A stretch of DNA of 63,774 bases, counting the filler, from Thraustochytrium aureum (lineage: Eukaryota): NCBI GenBank assembly GCA_012862495.1. It is 5 parts of 2 records of this genome, joined end to end, with 100 filler letters (N's around TTAATTAATTAA, not from the genome) between each part and the next. Parts side by side here need not be neighbours in the genome. Positions count along the whole stretch, not along the records: positions 1 to 23,827 come from BLSG01000216.1; 4 more parts are not named here. One strand, 5' to 3'. The first letter of the stretch is position 1. The number at the start of each line of letters is the position of its first letter. The notes under the pieces were generated by a model. It did not search any database and was not told where the DNA came from. It saw only the letters and a list, made by a program, of their open reading frames with translations. The position numbers were made by a program, and so were the translations under genes. Below are positions 1-9,645 of the stretch, piece after piece.

Positions 1-509
1 AGACGGTGGTCAAGTCGTCTGTGCAGCGCGGGATCACGGGCAAGGTCGCAGAGCAGTTCCCGGCGTTTCCCGAGGACAAGCTCGAGGTGGTGCTGCCCAA
101 GAAGGAGCAGCTCATTCTCGTAAAGTGCCAGGACCATGTCAACCTCATCATCTCGGCCCAGAGCAAGGCGGTCTTGTTTTTCAACCAGCGGGAGGGGCCG
201 TACTACCCAACACTGCGGCTGCTTCACAAAGCGGGGGACTTTATGGAGAAGGTGTACGTCGACGTGGGCGCGATCAAGCCCCTAATCGGCGGCGCCGAGC
301 TAATGTGCCCAGGCATCCGCAAGGACCTCCTGGGCAACTTTGAGGAGGACACGCCGGTGCAGATTATGGCGGAGGGCAAGACGCTCCCATTCGCGGTGGG
401 CCTCTCAAAGATGTCCTCGGAGCAGATCAAGACTTCCCCAGGCGGCGTCGGGGTCGAAATCATCCACACGCTCGGCGACGGGCTCTGGAACACGCCAGAG
501 CTGGACTAA
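1..509 (+). CDS. MCTS1: MCT-1/Tma20 translation re-initiation factor (pre-PUA + PUA domain), 5'-partial
   Basis: VLFFNQREGPYYPTLRLLH, VDVGAIKPLIGGAELMCPG and GVGVEIIHTLGDGLW are MCTS1/Tma20 signature segments; stop TAA at 507-509; start lies upstream of the window. Confidence 0.93.
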   Translation, partial: TVVKSSVQRGITGKVAEQFPAFPEDKLEVVLPKKEQLILVKCQDHVNLIISAQSKAVLFFNQREGPYYPTLRLLHKAGDFMEKVYVDVGAIKPLIGGAELMCPGIRKDLLGNFEEDTPVQIMAEGKTLPFAVGLSKMSSEQIKTSPGGVGVEIIHTLGDGLWNTPELD

Positions 510-667
510 GCACGATCGCCAGCGCCACAGATGGTATGTTTGGCTCCCCTTGGGTGTGTCGCGGGCGTGCCTCCCAGCCCTTGTGGTGTGCAGAAATATA
601 ATTGCCTGTTGCGCTCTCTGGCGCATTGAACGCTGATGAGGCTGTCTTTTTTTCTTCTTCTTCATAT

Positions 668-2071
668 TTACTCACTTTTTGGTACCCCTGTGCGCCACTG
701 CGCCATGAGCTTGTGCCGCCGGGATATTTTCTCCCTCGCCGGGTCATCGAAATCGGCCTGGACGGCAAGCGAAGAGCCGTCCGGCAGCAGTCGCTTTCCG
801 GGGTCTGCGCACAGCACGCGAAGCCGGGTGTTGTCTCGCTCGAGCTCGCGGCACCGTCGCACTAGCCCGTCCGCGTCGGCACGCTGCTCCTCGAGCTCCC
901 TCGAGAGCCTAGCCGCCTCGGCCGTCGCCTCACGGAGCTGCGAGTCGCGCTCGCCAAGTTGCTTCTCTCGCCCCGCGAGATGTCCGAGTAACCGCGAGCA
1001 CAGCTTTAGCAGAGGGACCTCGCGCGAGCCCTGCGCCTCCTCGCTTTCGTTGGAAGGCGGCGTTCCGACTTGAGCAAGGTCGCTCAAAGATACGAGGCCG
1101 CGCCCACGCTCGCAGACAGTCTCGTACCGATGTACCTGNNNNNNNNNNNNNNNNNNNNNNNNNNNNNNNNNNNNNNNNNNNNNNNNNNNNNNNNNNNNNN
1201 NNNNNNNNNNNNNNNNNNNNNNNNNNNNNNNNNNNNNNNNNNNNNNNNNNNNNNNNNNNNNNNNNNNNNNNNNNNNNNNNNNNNNNNNNNNNNNNNNNNN
1301 NNNNNNNNNNNNNNNNNNNNNNNNNNNNNNNNNNNNNNNNNNNNNNNNNNNNNNNNNNNNNNNNNNNNNNNNNNNNNNNNNNNNNNNNNNNNNNNNNNNN
1401 NNNNNNNNNNNNNNNNNNNNNNNNNNNNNNNNNNNNNNNNNNNNNNNNNNNNNNNNNNNNNNNNNNNNNNNNNNNNNNNNNNNNNNNNNNNNNNNNNNNN
1501 NNNNNNNNNNNNNNNNNNNNNNNNNNNNNNNNNNNNNNNNNNTCGACCAGGGCGGAGACAAGACCGAGCTCAGGGCCTCGAGCTGCTGCTCAACCGGCAC
1601 GCCCTCCTTCTCTAGTCGTAGGCGCGCCTTGCGGTCATAGCGCGACGTATGGATCACCTTGTGCTTTACGATCTCGGCCTCGCTCAAGCGGTACTTGTCA
1701 AGGTCGTGGAAGCAGCTGTTCCACGCGGGGCGCTCATTATTGTCGGGCTCGTTCGCGGCGCTTTTCCCGTCGGCGCTCGCCCCCTCCGCGGCGCGCGTTG
1801 CGCTTCTGCTGCGGCGTTTGCGCGACGAGGCCGACTTGCTGCGGCGGCGCCCTTTGCGAGTCGTGCTCCTGGTTCGTCGTTTTGGCAGTGTGCCAAGGGG
1901 CCTCGTTCTGGGTGGCGAGGTCCGTCGTCCAGGCTTGCGCCCGCGGCTCGTGGCTGTCTCGATCCGCTCGCGCTGCGGCGGGCCGAGTTGCGACGCAGGC
2001 GTGGAGAGCGCCCTTGCCAGGAAGGCGCTCGCACCTTGCGACAGCCTGAACGCGCTCGGCCCCCTCCCCAA
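668..2071 (-). CDS. Coiled-coil protein with a SPICE1-like (spindle/centriole-associated) motif; N gap 1139-1542; 5' end may extend to ~2448 through indels
   Basis: PAWNSCFHDLDKYRLSEAEIVKHKVIHTSRY resembles the conserved SPICE1 N-terminal motif (W..t..DL..yr.t.eE...r..ih.S); basic N-terminal region and heptad-rich C-terminus. Confidence 0.5.
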   Translation of the reverse strand: MGRGPSAFRLSQGASAFLARALSTPASQLGPPQRERIETATSRGRKPGRRTSPPRTRPLGTLPKRRTRSTTRKGRRRSKSASSRKRRSRSATRAAEGASADGKSAANEPDNNERPAWNSCFHDLDKYRLSEAEIVKHKVIHTSRYDRKARLRLEKEGVPVEQQLEALSSVLSPPWSXXXXXXXXXXXXXXXXXXXXXXXXXXXXXXXXXXXXXXXXXXXXXXXXXXXXXXXXXXXXXXXXXXXXXXXXXXXXXXXXXXXXXXXXXXXXXXXXXXXXXXXXXXXXXXXXXXXXXXXXXXXXXXXXXXXXXXXQVHRYETVCERGRGLVSLSDLAQVGTPPSNESEEAQGSREVPLLKLCSRLLGHLAGREKQLGERDSQLREATAEAARLSRELEEQRADADGLVRRCRELERDNTRLRVLCADPGKRLLPDGSSLAVQADFDDPAREKISRRHKLMAQWRTGVPKSE

Positions 2072-2968
2072 CCCCAGGGCCCTCAGCCTGCGCTGCCCTC
2101 TTCGGCGTTACCAGTGCAGCCTCGGACTTGTGCCATGCCGGTCCAGGAGAGCCAGAGCCAGGCTGTCCGTCCAACTCTCGGCGGAGCCCACCTTCGCCGT
2201 CGTCGCCGCGCACGGAGCGAGCCGGAGAGCGCGACTCCATTACGCGCACCAGCGCGCGCCGCAGGGCAGGCAAGGCCTCGCGTCGCACAGCTTGCCGGCT
2301 CGAGCAGCGCGCCAGGCGGCGCACTTGGCGGCCCTCGCGAGCTCCGTCCGTGGCGTTGCGGTGTCTCCCGCGCCAAACGGACTCTGTCGAAAGAGGCATC
2401 GCTGGCCTGGGCCGATTTATTTTGAACCTTCACACCAATGAGATGCATTAAGCAGCCCGGCGCACTCAGCGCTTCCGCTCTGCCGCCCGCATCGGACACG
2501 GCGGATTCCGCGTTCGCCGACCTCCCTGCTCCGGTCGGTAAATCAGTGCTAGAACCGGGCTCTTTCTCGCCCAAGCCGCAGCGCAGCCGCGCGATACCTG
2601 GAGCGGTCCAAATCGTCTCCTTCTCCACTCAAAAGCGCGGCCCCAAGGGAAGCTTTTCGAAGCAGAGCGGGTTCCCAAAAAGAAGCTAGCAGCTTTCAAA
2701 TCTGTACAGGCCTGCTTGTCGTCTTGTGAGGGGCGTTTCTCGTGGTTTCTGGAGCGGTGGCGGCAGGCGAGCTGCCAGACACGCAACCAGGTTGGCACCG
2801 AGGCAGGCAGGCAGGCAGGCAGGCAGCGGGCAGGCAGCGGGCAGGGAGAAGTGGCGGCTTGCGCGAAAGAGTAGCAGCAGAGCAGAGCGGCGCAGGGCGG
2901 TTGCTGGCCGGCGCAAATCAGCGCCGTGGCGCGCCGAGGGCGAACGGAAATCCAATTAACAGGGACAG

Positions 2969-4924
2969 ATGGGCGACTCGTGGCAGGTGCAGCGGCGCAA
3001 GGTGAAGAAACCCGGGAGCAAGAGCAATGAGCCAAAGACCACGGAGGATCTTGTGAGGATGTATGAGAACATTGTGCGAGACTACAAGACGGAGAGGTGC
3101 CCGCAAGGCGCCTTTTCGTCCTGCCCGGACGGGAGGTTGTGCTTCTATGCCCATAATGAGAACGAACTGAGGCGGGACCCGCTCGTTAAGCCCGGCGTAG
3201 AGCGGTACTCTCGGGGCCTGTGCCCGAAACAGCCCAGCTGTCCGAAAGGCAAGCTTTGCGAGATGAGCCACAACGACTGCGAGTCCATGTACCACCCTAA
3301 GACGTACAAAACGAAAGCCTGCAAAAAGGGAGCCGCCTGCGATCGTGGGGACGTCTGCGCTTTTATGCACGAGGGGCGACGTCCTGGTCCCCGCACTGCG
3401 TCAAAAGTTGTTTCTCGGCGACGAGACGTTCACCTACTTCAAGCCGACGCAAAGCTATGTTCGCGGATTTGACTTTCAAGACAGCCACCGAAGCCCGGAT
3501 CAAGGCATCGACCCCTCGCTATCATGGGACGAGATCCAAGAGCAAGGGCGCGACCAAGTGCGACAGCTTCAAGACGAAGTGGCTCTCGAGGAGCTGCACG
3601 AGCGTGAGCGCCGCGCGGCGCTCGCGACGCGTGCGAGCAAAGAGAAGAGTCTCGCGCTCCTCGCCGAGGAACAGGAAGCAGTCGACAAAGCGCGAGAGAA
3701 GGAACGCGAAGAGGAGCGCGAGCGTCTCGTTCAGGAGGGGTTGCGGGACCTCGAGCTCAAGGAACAGCAGAAGAAGCAGAAGCAGAAGGCCCCCAAGCAG
3801 CAGCTCACTCAGCGACAAGGCCACGAGGGTTCTTTCCCACCCTCGGTGGCCTCAAGTTTTACGCCTCCGCCTGTTTTTCCCGCGCAGCCTCCGGGCCCTG
3901 TTCCTGCGTCGCTTCCCTTTTGGAATGCCGCTCTCGGTGGGTGAGCCGCTTCTGGACCCCGTTCGTGCGCGCAGTGCCGAATTGGTCATTGAAATGCTCA
4001 ACCCAGATCTTGGCCTTCCGGCCGAGAGGTCTGAAGCGCTTTTGCGCGTTCTCGCTGGAACAGACGTGGGCCGCCTTGGGCGCGACAACCGAGGAAACTN
4101 NNNNNNNNNNNNNNNNNNNNNNNNNNNNNNNNNNNNNNNNNNNNNNNNNNNNNNNNNNNNNNNNNNNNNNNNNNNNNNNNNNNNNNNNNNNNNNNNNNNN
4201 NNNNNNNNNNNNNNNNNNNNNNNNNNNNNNNNNNNNNNNNNNNNNNNNNNNNNNNNNNNNNNNNNNNNNNNNNNNNNNNNNNNNNNNNNNNNNNNNNNNN
4301 NNNNNNNNNNNNNNNGATCCATAAACGCCGCCAACAAGTACGGCCAAACGCCGCTGTCCGTCGCTATTGATGGCGACGCTCCCGAGATGGTCCAAGCGCT
4401 CCTGTCGTCTGGCGCCAACCCCAACCTCGGGGAAGCGGGCGCCTTGCACAGTGTAATTGCTGCGGGCAACATAGCTTGCGCTCTTGTTTTGGCGAACTGT
4501 GATCGCGTCAACGTTGCGATCACCGACGCCAAGGGCAACTCGGTGCTCTGTGCTGCTGCTCAGCGAGGTATGGGCCAAAGTTCAGGTACTGGCTCGCAGG
4601 CCCGGACTGCTCAATCTGCGCAACCTGCAAGGCGAGACAGCGCTGGCTCTCGCTGCCAAGCACGGCTACGCGAATGTGGTGCTTGATCTCTTACGCGACG
4701 GCGCCGACCCGAACATTGCGGACATCCAAGGCTGCACGCCGCTCCTGCTTGCGCTCAAGTCGGAGAATGGGATCGCTGCAGCTAAAGTCCTCGTGCAGAC
4801 GGGCGGCGTGGACTTGAGCGCGCGGGACATGGACGGCTCAACAGCTCTCACTCTCGCTGCGCAGCGCGGCGACCGCTCTTTGGTAGAAAAGCTGCGCGAG
4901 GCGTTGGGCAGTGCAGCGTTTTGA
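2969..4924 (+). CDS. Unkempt/TZF-type tandem CCCH zinc-finger protein with coiled coil and C-terminal ankyrin repeats (three apparent frameshifts, gap 4100-4315)
   Basis: YKTERCP..CPDGRLCFYAH, CPKGKLCEMSH and YHPKTYKTKAC..CAFMH fingers; ankyrin motifs GQTPLSVA, GETALALAA, GCTPLLLA, GSTALTLAA; frames join at homopolymers ~3373-3376, ~3918-3921 and ~4572-4574. Confidence 0.8.
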
Positions 4925-5140
4925 TTGACACTGTGAATGTGAGCACTCAGTTCGCACCGACGACCGCGCACTTTCATTTTATTGGCCACCTCGGCCTCAG
5001 GCTGGCATGGCAGAGCAGCTAGCGAACTTTTTTTAAACTCAATCAATCAGAAGTGCACATGGAGCGCTTTCCATTTTTGGTGATCGAACTGGAGCACACG
5101 TGCAAAGCACACTCTAGCGCGTCACTGACAGACGCGCCCG

Positions 5141-6180
5141 CTACAGCTCGGAGTCGGCAACTTGGTTTGGCCGCGGCTCGATATCGGTGCCCGGGTTGCG
5201 GCGAAAGCGGGCCTTGATCCTGTCCACAAACGTCTCCTTGCCCTCGTCACGCATCCGCTGCAACTTGTAGCGGACCGCAATGATTGTCCAAACCACAACA
5301 TGGAAGAGGATGTAGACCATGATGTTCAATCCAGTGGGCGCCGGCTGATAGCCGAACAGAATGTGCAAAAGGATCCAGGCCTCAGAAACGTCAAGCCCGC
5401 AACACTCGGTAATGTCCCAGACAATCACGTTGAGCGGAGGCCGGTTCTCCTCCACTTCCCACTCGCCAAACGAGCCAGCCTGCTGCAGCGACCGCACCCC
5501 GTTAGAGAACACGCCTGCGCCAATAAACACGAGAAGAACCATCGTCACGCGGAAAAACCACACGATTGTGAGCCGGCCGCCAAACTTGTAGAGGCCAGAC
5601 CGCAAATCACGCCGAGGACAGCGCCAACGACGGCGGGGATCGGGAGCGATTCGGGCGGGTAAGCTGCTCCGATGCCGACGAAGAAGACGATGGTCTCGAT
5701 GCCTTCGCGCACGACCGCGGTGAACGACAAGAAAAAGATAGCCTTGGCAGAGATCGCCTCGCTCGCAGCCTCGCCCTCTGTCTTGGCGTCAATCGCGCGC
5801 GTCAGCTCGCTCTCCCACTTGGCGTGGATCGCCATCACGTTGCCAATCGACATGGCGACAACAGCGATGAGCACAGCGGCGATGATGCTCATGCTACCTT
5901 CAAGCAGAACTGTGCCGCGGTCATCGAGCAGCGTGGTCTTGAGCACGTTGACGAGGACCAGGACAATTACGCCGCCTGCAATACAGAGCCCAGATCCGCT
6001 CAGAACGCCGAGCCAGACGTAGCGGCGAAGGTGGGGCAGATTGAGCTTGACCAGCAGGCCGAGGAGGACCGACACGATGATGGCCGCCTCGAGCGTTTCG
6101 CGAAAGGTGATCAGCAGCGCCGGCAGTGCGAATAGGCCGGCGTCGGCCGCATCGCTTGTGTCGACTGATCCGTACGCCAT
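5141..6180 (-). CDS. FTR1: FTR1/EfeU-family high-affinity iron permease (one apparent 1-nt deletion near 5595)
   Basis: Two RExxE motifs in hydrophobic helices (FRETLEA, VREGIET), ~7 TM segments, GVFSNGVRSLQ, VWDITECC and LFGY; restoring one G joins ORFs 5545-6180 and 5141-5605 as ...VICGLGLYKFGG. Confidence 0.95.
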
Positions 6181-7696
6181 CGTCGCTTGGCTGAACCTGA
6201 CTCGAAGTGACGCTGCTGTGGCTTTTGTTGGGACAAGATCAGGGCCGCCTTGCCGGGTTCGTTTTGGGTCTGGTCACTGGTGACTTCAGACGGCTGCGTC
6301 GAGTACCAAAGCCGCGGCTACTGGGAGCGACAAACGAACAGCCGACGCCCAGCGCAGGCGGAGAGCCCCAGCTTTGGGGAAACCAGACAGAGCTCATTTG
6401 CAAGCCTTGCTATTTGGTGAGTGGCTGTGTCGCGCGCTCCAACCACAGCGGTACCGCAGGACCCTCCTGTGCGAAAGTAGTGGAGGATCGCAAAGTTTCC
6501 TACGTCTGTAGGCCTAGGGGTTGGTTGCCATGTCTGGTGAGTCGACGATGTGACCACTCACGACAATCAAAGCAGGCGGCGTCGAGGCCGCAGCGAGACG
6601 TCCTGCGGCGTTCATTCGGCCAGGTTGCAAAACGCCGACACCCCAGCCTCGACGCTCAGGCTGGCAAGGATTCCCAGTTGACTATGGTCTACTCACCCAG
6701 GTGTACTCTACCTCTACGTACATACTCACTCGAGTACCAGTAAGGACTCCCAGCGCCGAGTCCTCTCGTCACACAGCCCCATGAATCTGTGTCGAGACAG
6801 CACAGACCGCCGGTTGCGCTGCGCGTCAAACTCATCCGAGTCCTGACGTTCCGGCCCCAATGCAATCACAGTTCGTTGCTGTGAACAGTCATCTACCGGT
6901 ATCGTCAGTCGAGCGACGCTTGCAACTTGCTGCAAGCCGCACCGTACCACGACCAAGCGTGGGCGCGGCGCTCTGACTCGTCGAGCAGCATGCGCTGCCG
7001 CATGCACAACGGCCAATGGCAGAACGAAATCTGTCCGCCCCTGACGGGCAACCCCCTGCTTGAACCCTTGGTCGCTCGACGGCGGTGCGCTCGAGCTCGC
7101 AGATAACTACTTAGGTACGAGAGTGTGGCCCGTCCTCACCGCAAGCGCCGGTCGCGAGCTCGACGAGCCCGCTGTTCTTCAGGGTCGTGGCTTGATGACC
7201 TTCGGCGGGCTCCAATTGGCTAGCCATCGTGCGCGAAGCCCGTGCCCGTGAGTGTCGCTGCGACTGCCAAAGCACTGCCATCGTGACGCGCACATCCGTG
7301 GCGTTGGGCCATACAAAATGTGTCCGAAACCCGCGCGCAGTTTTCAAACGGGGCGCCGCAGTTGCTCTGGCATCGCATGAATGGTGAATGCCATCGCTAT
7401 CGGCCATCGGAGGCCCATCTCAACCATCGTGCTTGTTGAACAAGCCGAGCGAGTACCCAGCCTGGGGTGTCCACAATGCAAGCCCTTGCCCAAGTTGCCT
7501 TGTCCTGCGCCACTGGGACCCTACCACATGCAAAAGAAAGCAGCGCAGTTGCAGCTTCTCTGACCGTCCGCAGCGGCCAGCTGCTCCGCTTCATCACAAG
7601 CAACTGCACTCGCCAAGTGCTCTGCGCGCGAAGATCAAAACCAAAACCATATCGCAGAACAGCGCTCCAGGAAACCGTCCAGCCTGAACCACCACG
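6181..7696. promoter_or_regulatory. Shared divergent upstream region of FTR1 and the FEA1/ISIP2a-like gene
   Basis: ~1.5 kb between two outward-facing ATGs (6180 and 7697), no credible CDS; two GCATGC palindromes at 6988-6993 and 7000-7005. Confidence 0.6.
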
Positions 7697-9038
7697 ATGA
7701 AGTTGATCGCCGTGGCCGCTGCCGCCCTCAGCCTGGCGCAGCCCGGCGATGCTGGGGCAACGTTCGGCTTCTACACGTCAGCGCTCGACGTCTCTGAGCA
7801 CCGGAAGATCGACCTCGACGTGAAGGCATTCCAGGGTCTGACCGGCCGGCAGCTGTGGGAAGAAGCTGAGGCGCTCTATCGCAACGGCGCCAACTCGGCC
7901 AAGTCAAACTCGCTCCGGACCCTTGCTGGCTTCTCGACGGAGCTGAGGGCCCAGTCCGAGTCGATTCAAACGGACAAGGCGAACGGCCGCCTATTGCCCG
8001 AGCTGGAGCTCTTTTCAAACTACTACGGCAGCGACACCTACGCGCATGAATTCGTCATTGCTGCGCTCAACGCCTCTGGCCCATTCACGGGCCACGGCAA
8101 CATCGCGCGCGACCAGCACGCGAAGAAGGGCGTCCAGTACCAAGTCGTCGTCATGTACATCTTCTACGAGATGGCCAAGTCGCTCTCGCTCTGCTTCAGA
8201 GGCGAAGATGGGCGCAAGAACTGGGACGAGGCCGCGGCCTTTTACGTCGGTTCCCTGATCGGCCCCACCGGCGAAGGCAGCGGCGAGCTCATGTACACGC
8301 TCTCTGAGAAGCGCTGCGGCACCTTCGGAACGTGCGGAGGGGACGGCGTCAGACGGCCATTCGCTGACTCAAACAACGCTGCCATGAAGGCCTTCACGGA
8401 GGGCTTGGCCGCGATTACAAGCGGCAACTGCAAAGCGGCAAGCGAGAGTTACCAGGTGGTCCGCAAGCAGATGCAGATTCCTCTGCTGCAGGGCATGCTT
8501 TTGTACGCCTTCAACGCAGCCGCTGTCAACGGCGGCGCTGGGAACGAAAAGTACATGTCGGAAGGCTGGGCCTTTGCCGCCTCCGTGCTCCCGTTCCTCG
8601 ACGAGCAGGACAAGGAGGCTGCTCGAGAGATCCGACTCGCGATGGAGTACACTACCGGGATCAACGCGACGGTCACTGGCGGCTTCGAGTCTGTATTCAC
8701 CAACACGTACAAGGTCCTCCCCAAACTCTGCATCAGCTGTGAGGAGATGGGCGTCAACAGTTTTGCTCTCGGAAAGGTGCCCGAGTGCATCTCCAACGCA
8801 GAGGCGCTCAAATCCGGCTGCGCCTCATACCTGGCCCCCGTGCTCGCGAGCGCGGGTTCGGGATCTGAGACTGACCCGGAGTCGTCGTCGAACACGGGCC
8901 TTATTGTTGGGCTCTGTATCCTTGGGCTCGTCCTCATCGGCGCAATCCTGTTTTGCATGTATCGTCTCAGCAAGCCGTCGAGCACTGATCGTCAAGGGAG
9001 ATGGAGCATAGCAGCAACGAAGAGGAGCGCAATGCCGC
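7697..9038 (+). CDS. FEA1/ISIP2a (phytotransferrin-like, low-iron-inducible) surface protein: signal peptide, single FEA1 domain, C-terminal TM anchor; 3' end runs into a gap
   Basis: Signal peptide MKLIAVAAAALSLAQPGDA; family motifs DVSEHRKIDLD, ALYRNGANS, LRTLAGFST, NWDEAAAFYVGS, LMYTLSEKRCGTFGT, QMQIPLLQGMLLYA, EGWAFAASVLP; TM GLIVGLCILGLVLIGAILFCMY. Confidence 0.85.
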
Positions 9039-9645
9039 NNNNNNNNNNNNNNNNNNNNNNNNNNNNNNNNNNNNNNNNNNNNNNNNNNNNNNNNNNNNNN
9101 NNNNNNNNNNNNNNNNNNNNNNNNNNNNNNNNNNNNNNNNNNNNNNNNNNNNNNNNNNNNNNNNNNNNNNNNNNNNNNNNNNNNNNNNNNNNNNNNNNNN
9201 NNNNNNNNNNNNNNNNNNNNNNNNNNNNNNNNNNNNNNNNNNNNNNNNNNNNNNNNNNNNNNNNNNNNNNNNNNNNNNNNNNNNNNNNNNNNNNNNNNNN
9301 NNNNNNNNNNNNNNNNNNNNNNNNNNNNNNNNNNNNNNNNNNNNNNNNNNNNNNNNNNNNNNNNNNNNNNNNNNNNNNNNNNNNNNNNNNNNNNNNNNNN
9401 NNNNNNNNNNNNNNNNNNNNNNNNNNNNNNNNNNNNNNNNNNNNNNNNNNNNNNNNNNNNNNNNNNNNNNNNNNNNNNNNNNNNNNNNNNNNNNNNNNNN
9501 NNNNNNNNNNNNNNNNNNNNNNNNNNNNNNNNNNNNNNNNNNNNNNNNNNNNNNNNNNNNNNNNNNNNNNNNNNNNNNNNNNNNNNNNNNNNNNNNNNNN
9601 NNNNNNNNNNNNNNNNNNNNNNNNNNNNNNNNNNNNNNNNNNNNN

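Noticed and set aside
6207..7700. Short ORFs between FTR1 and FEA1 as a third component
   Set aside because: No recognisable domain, signal peptide or coding-like codon pattern; treated as non-coding
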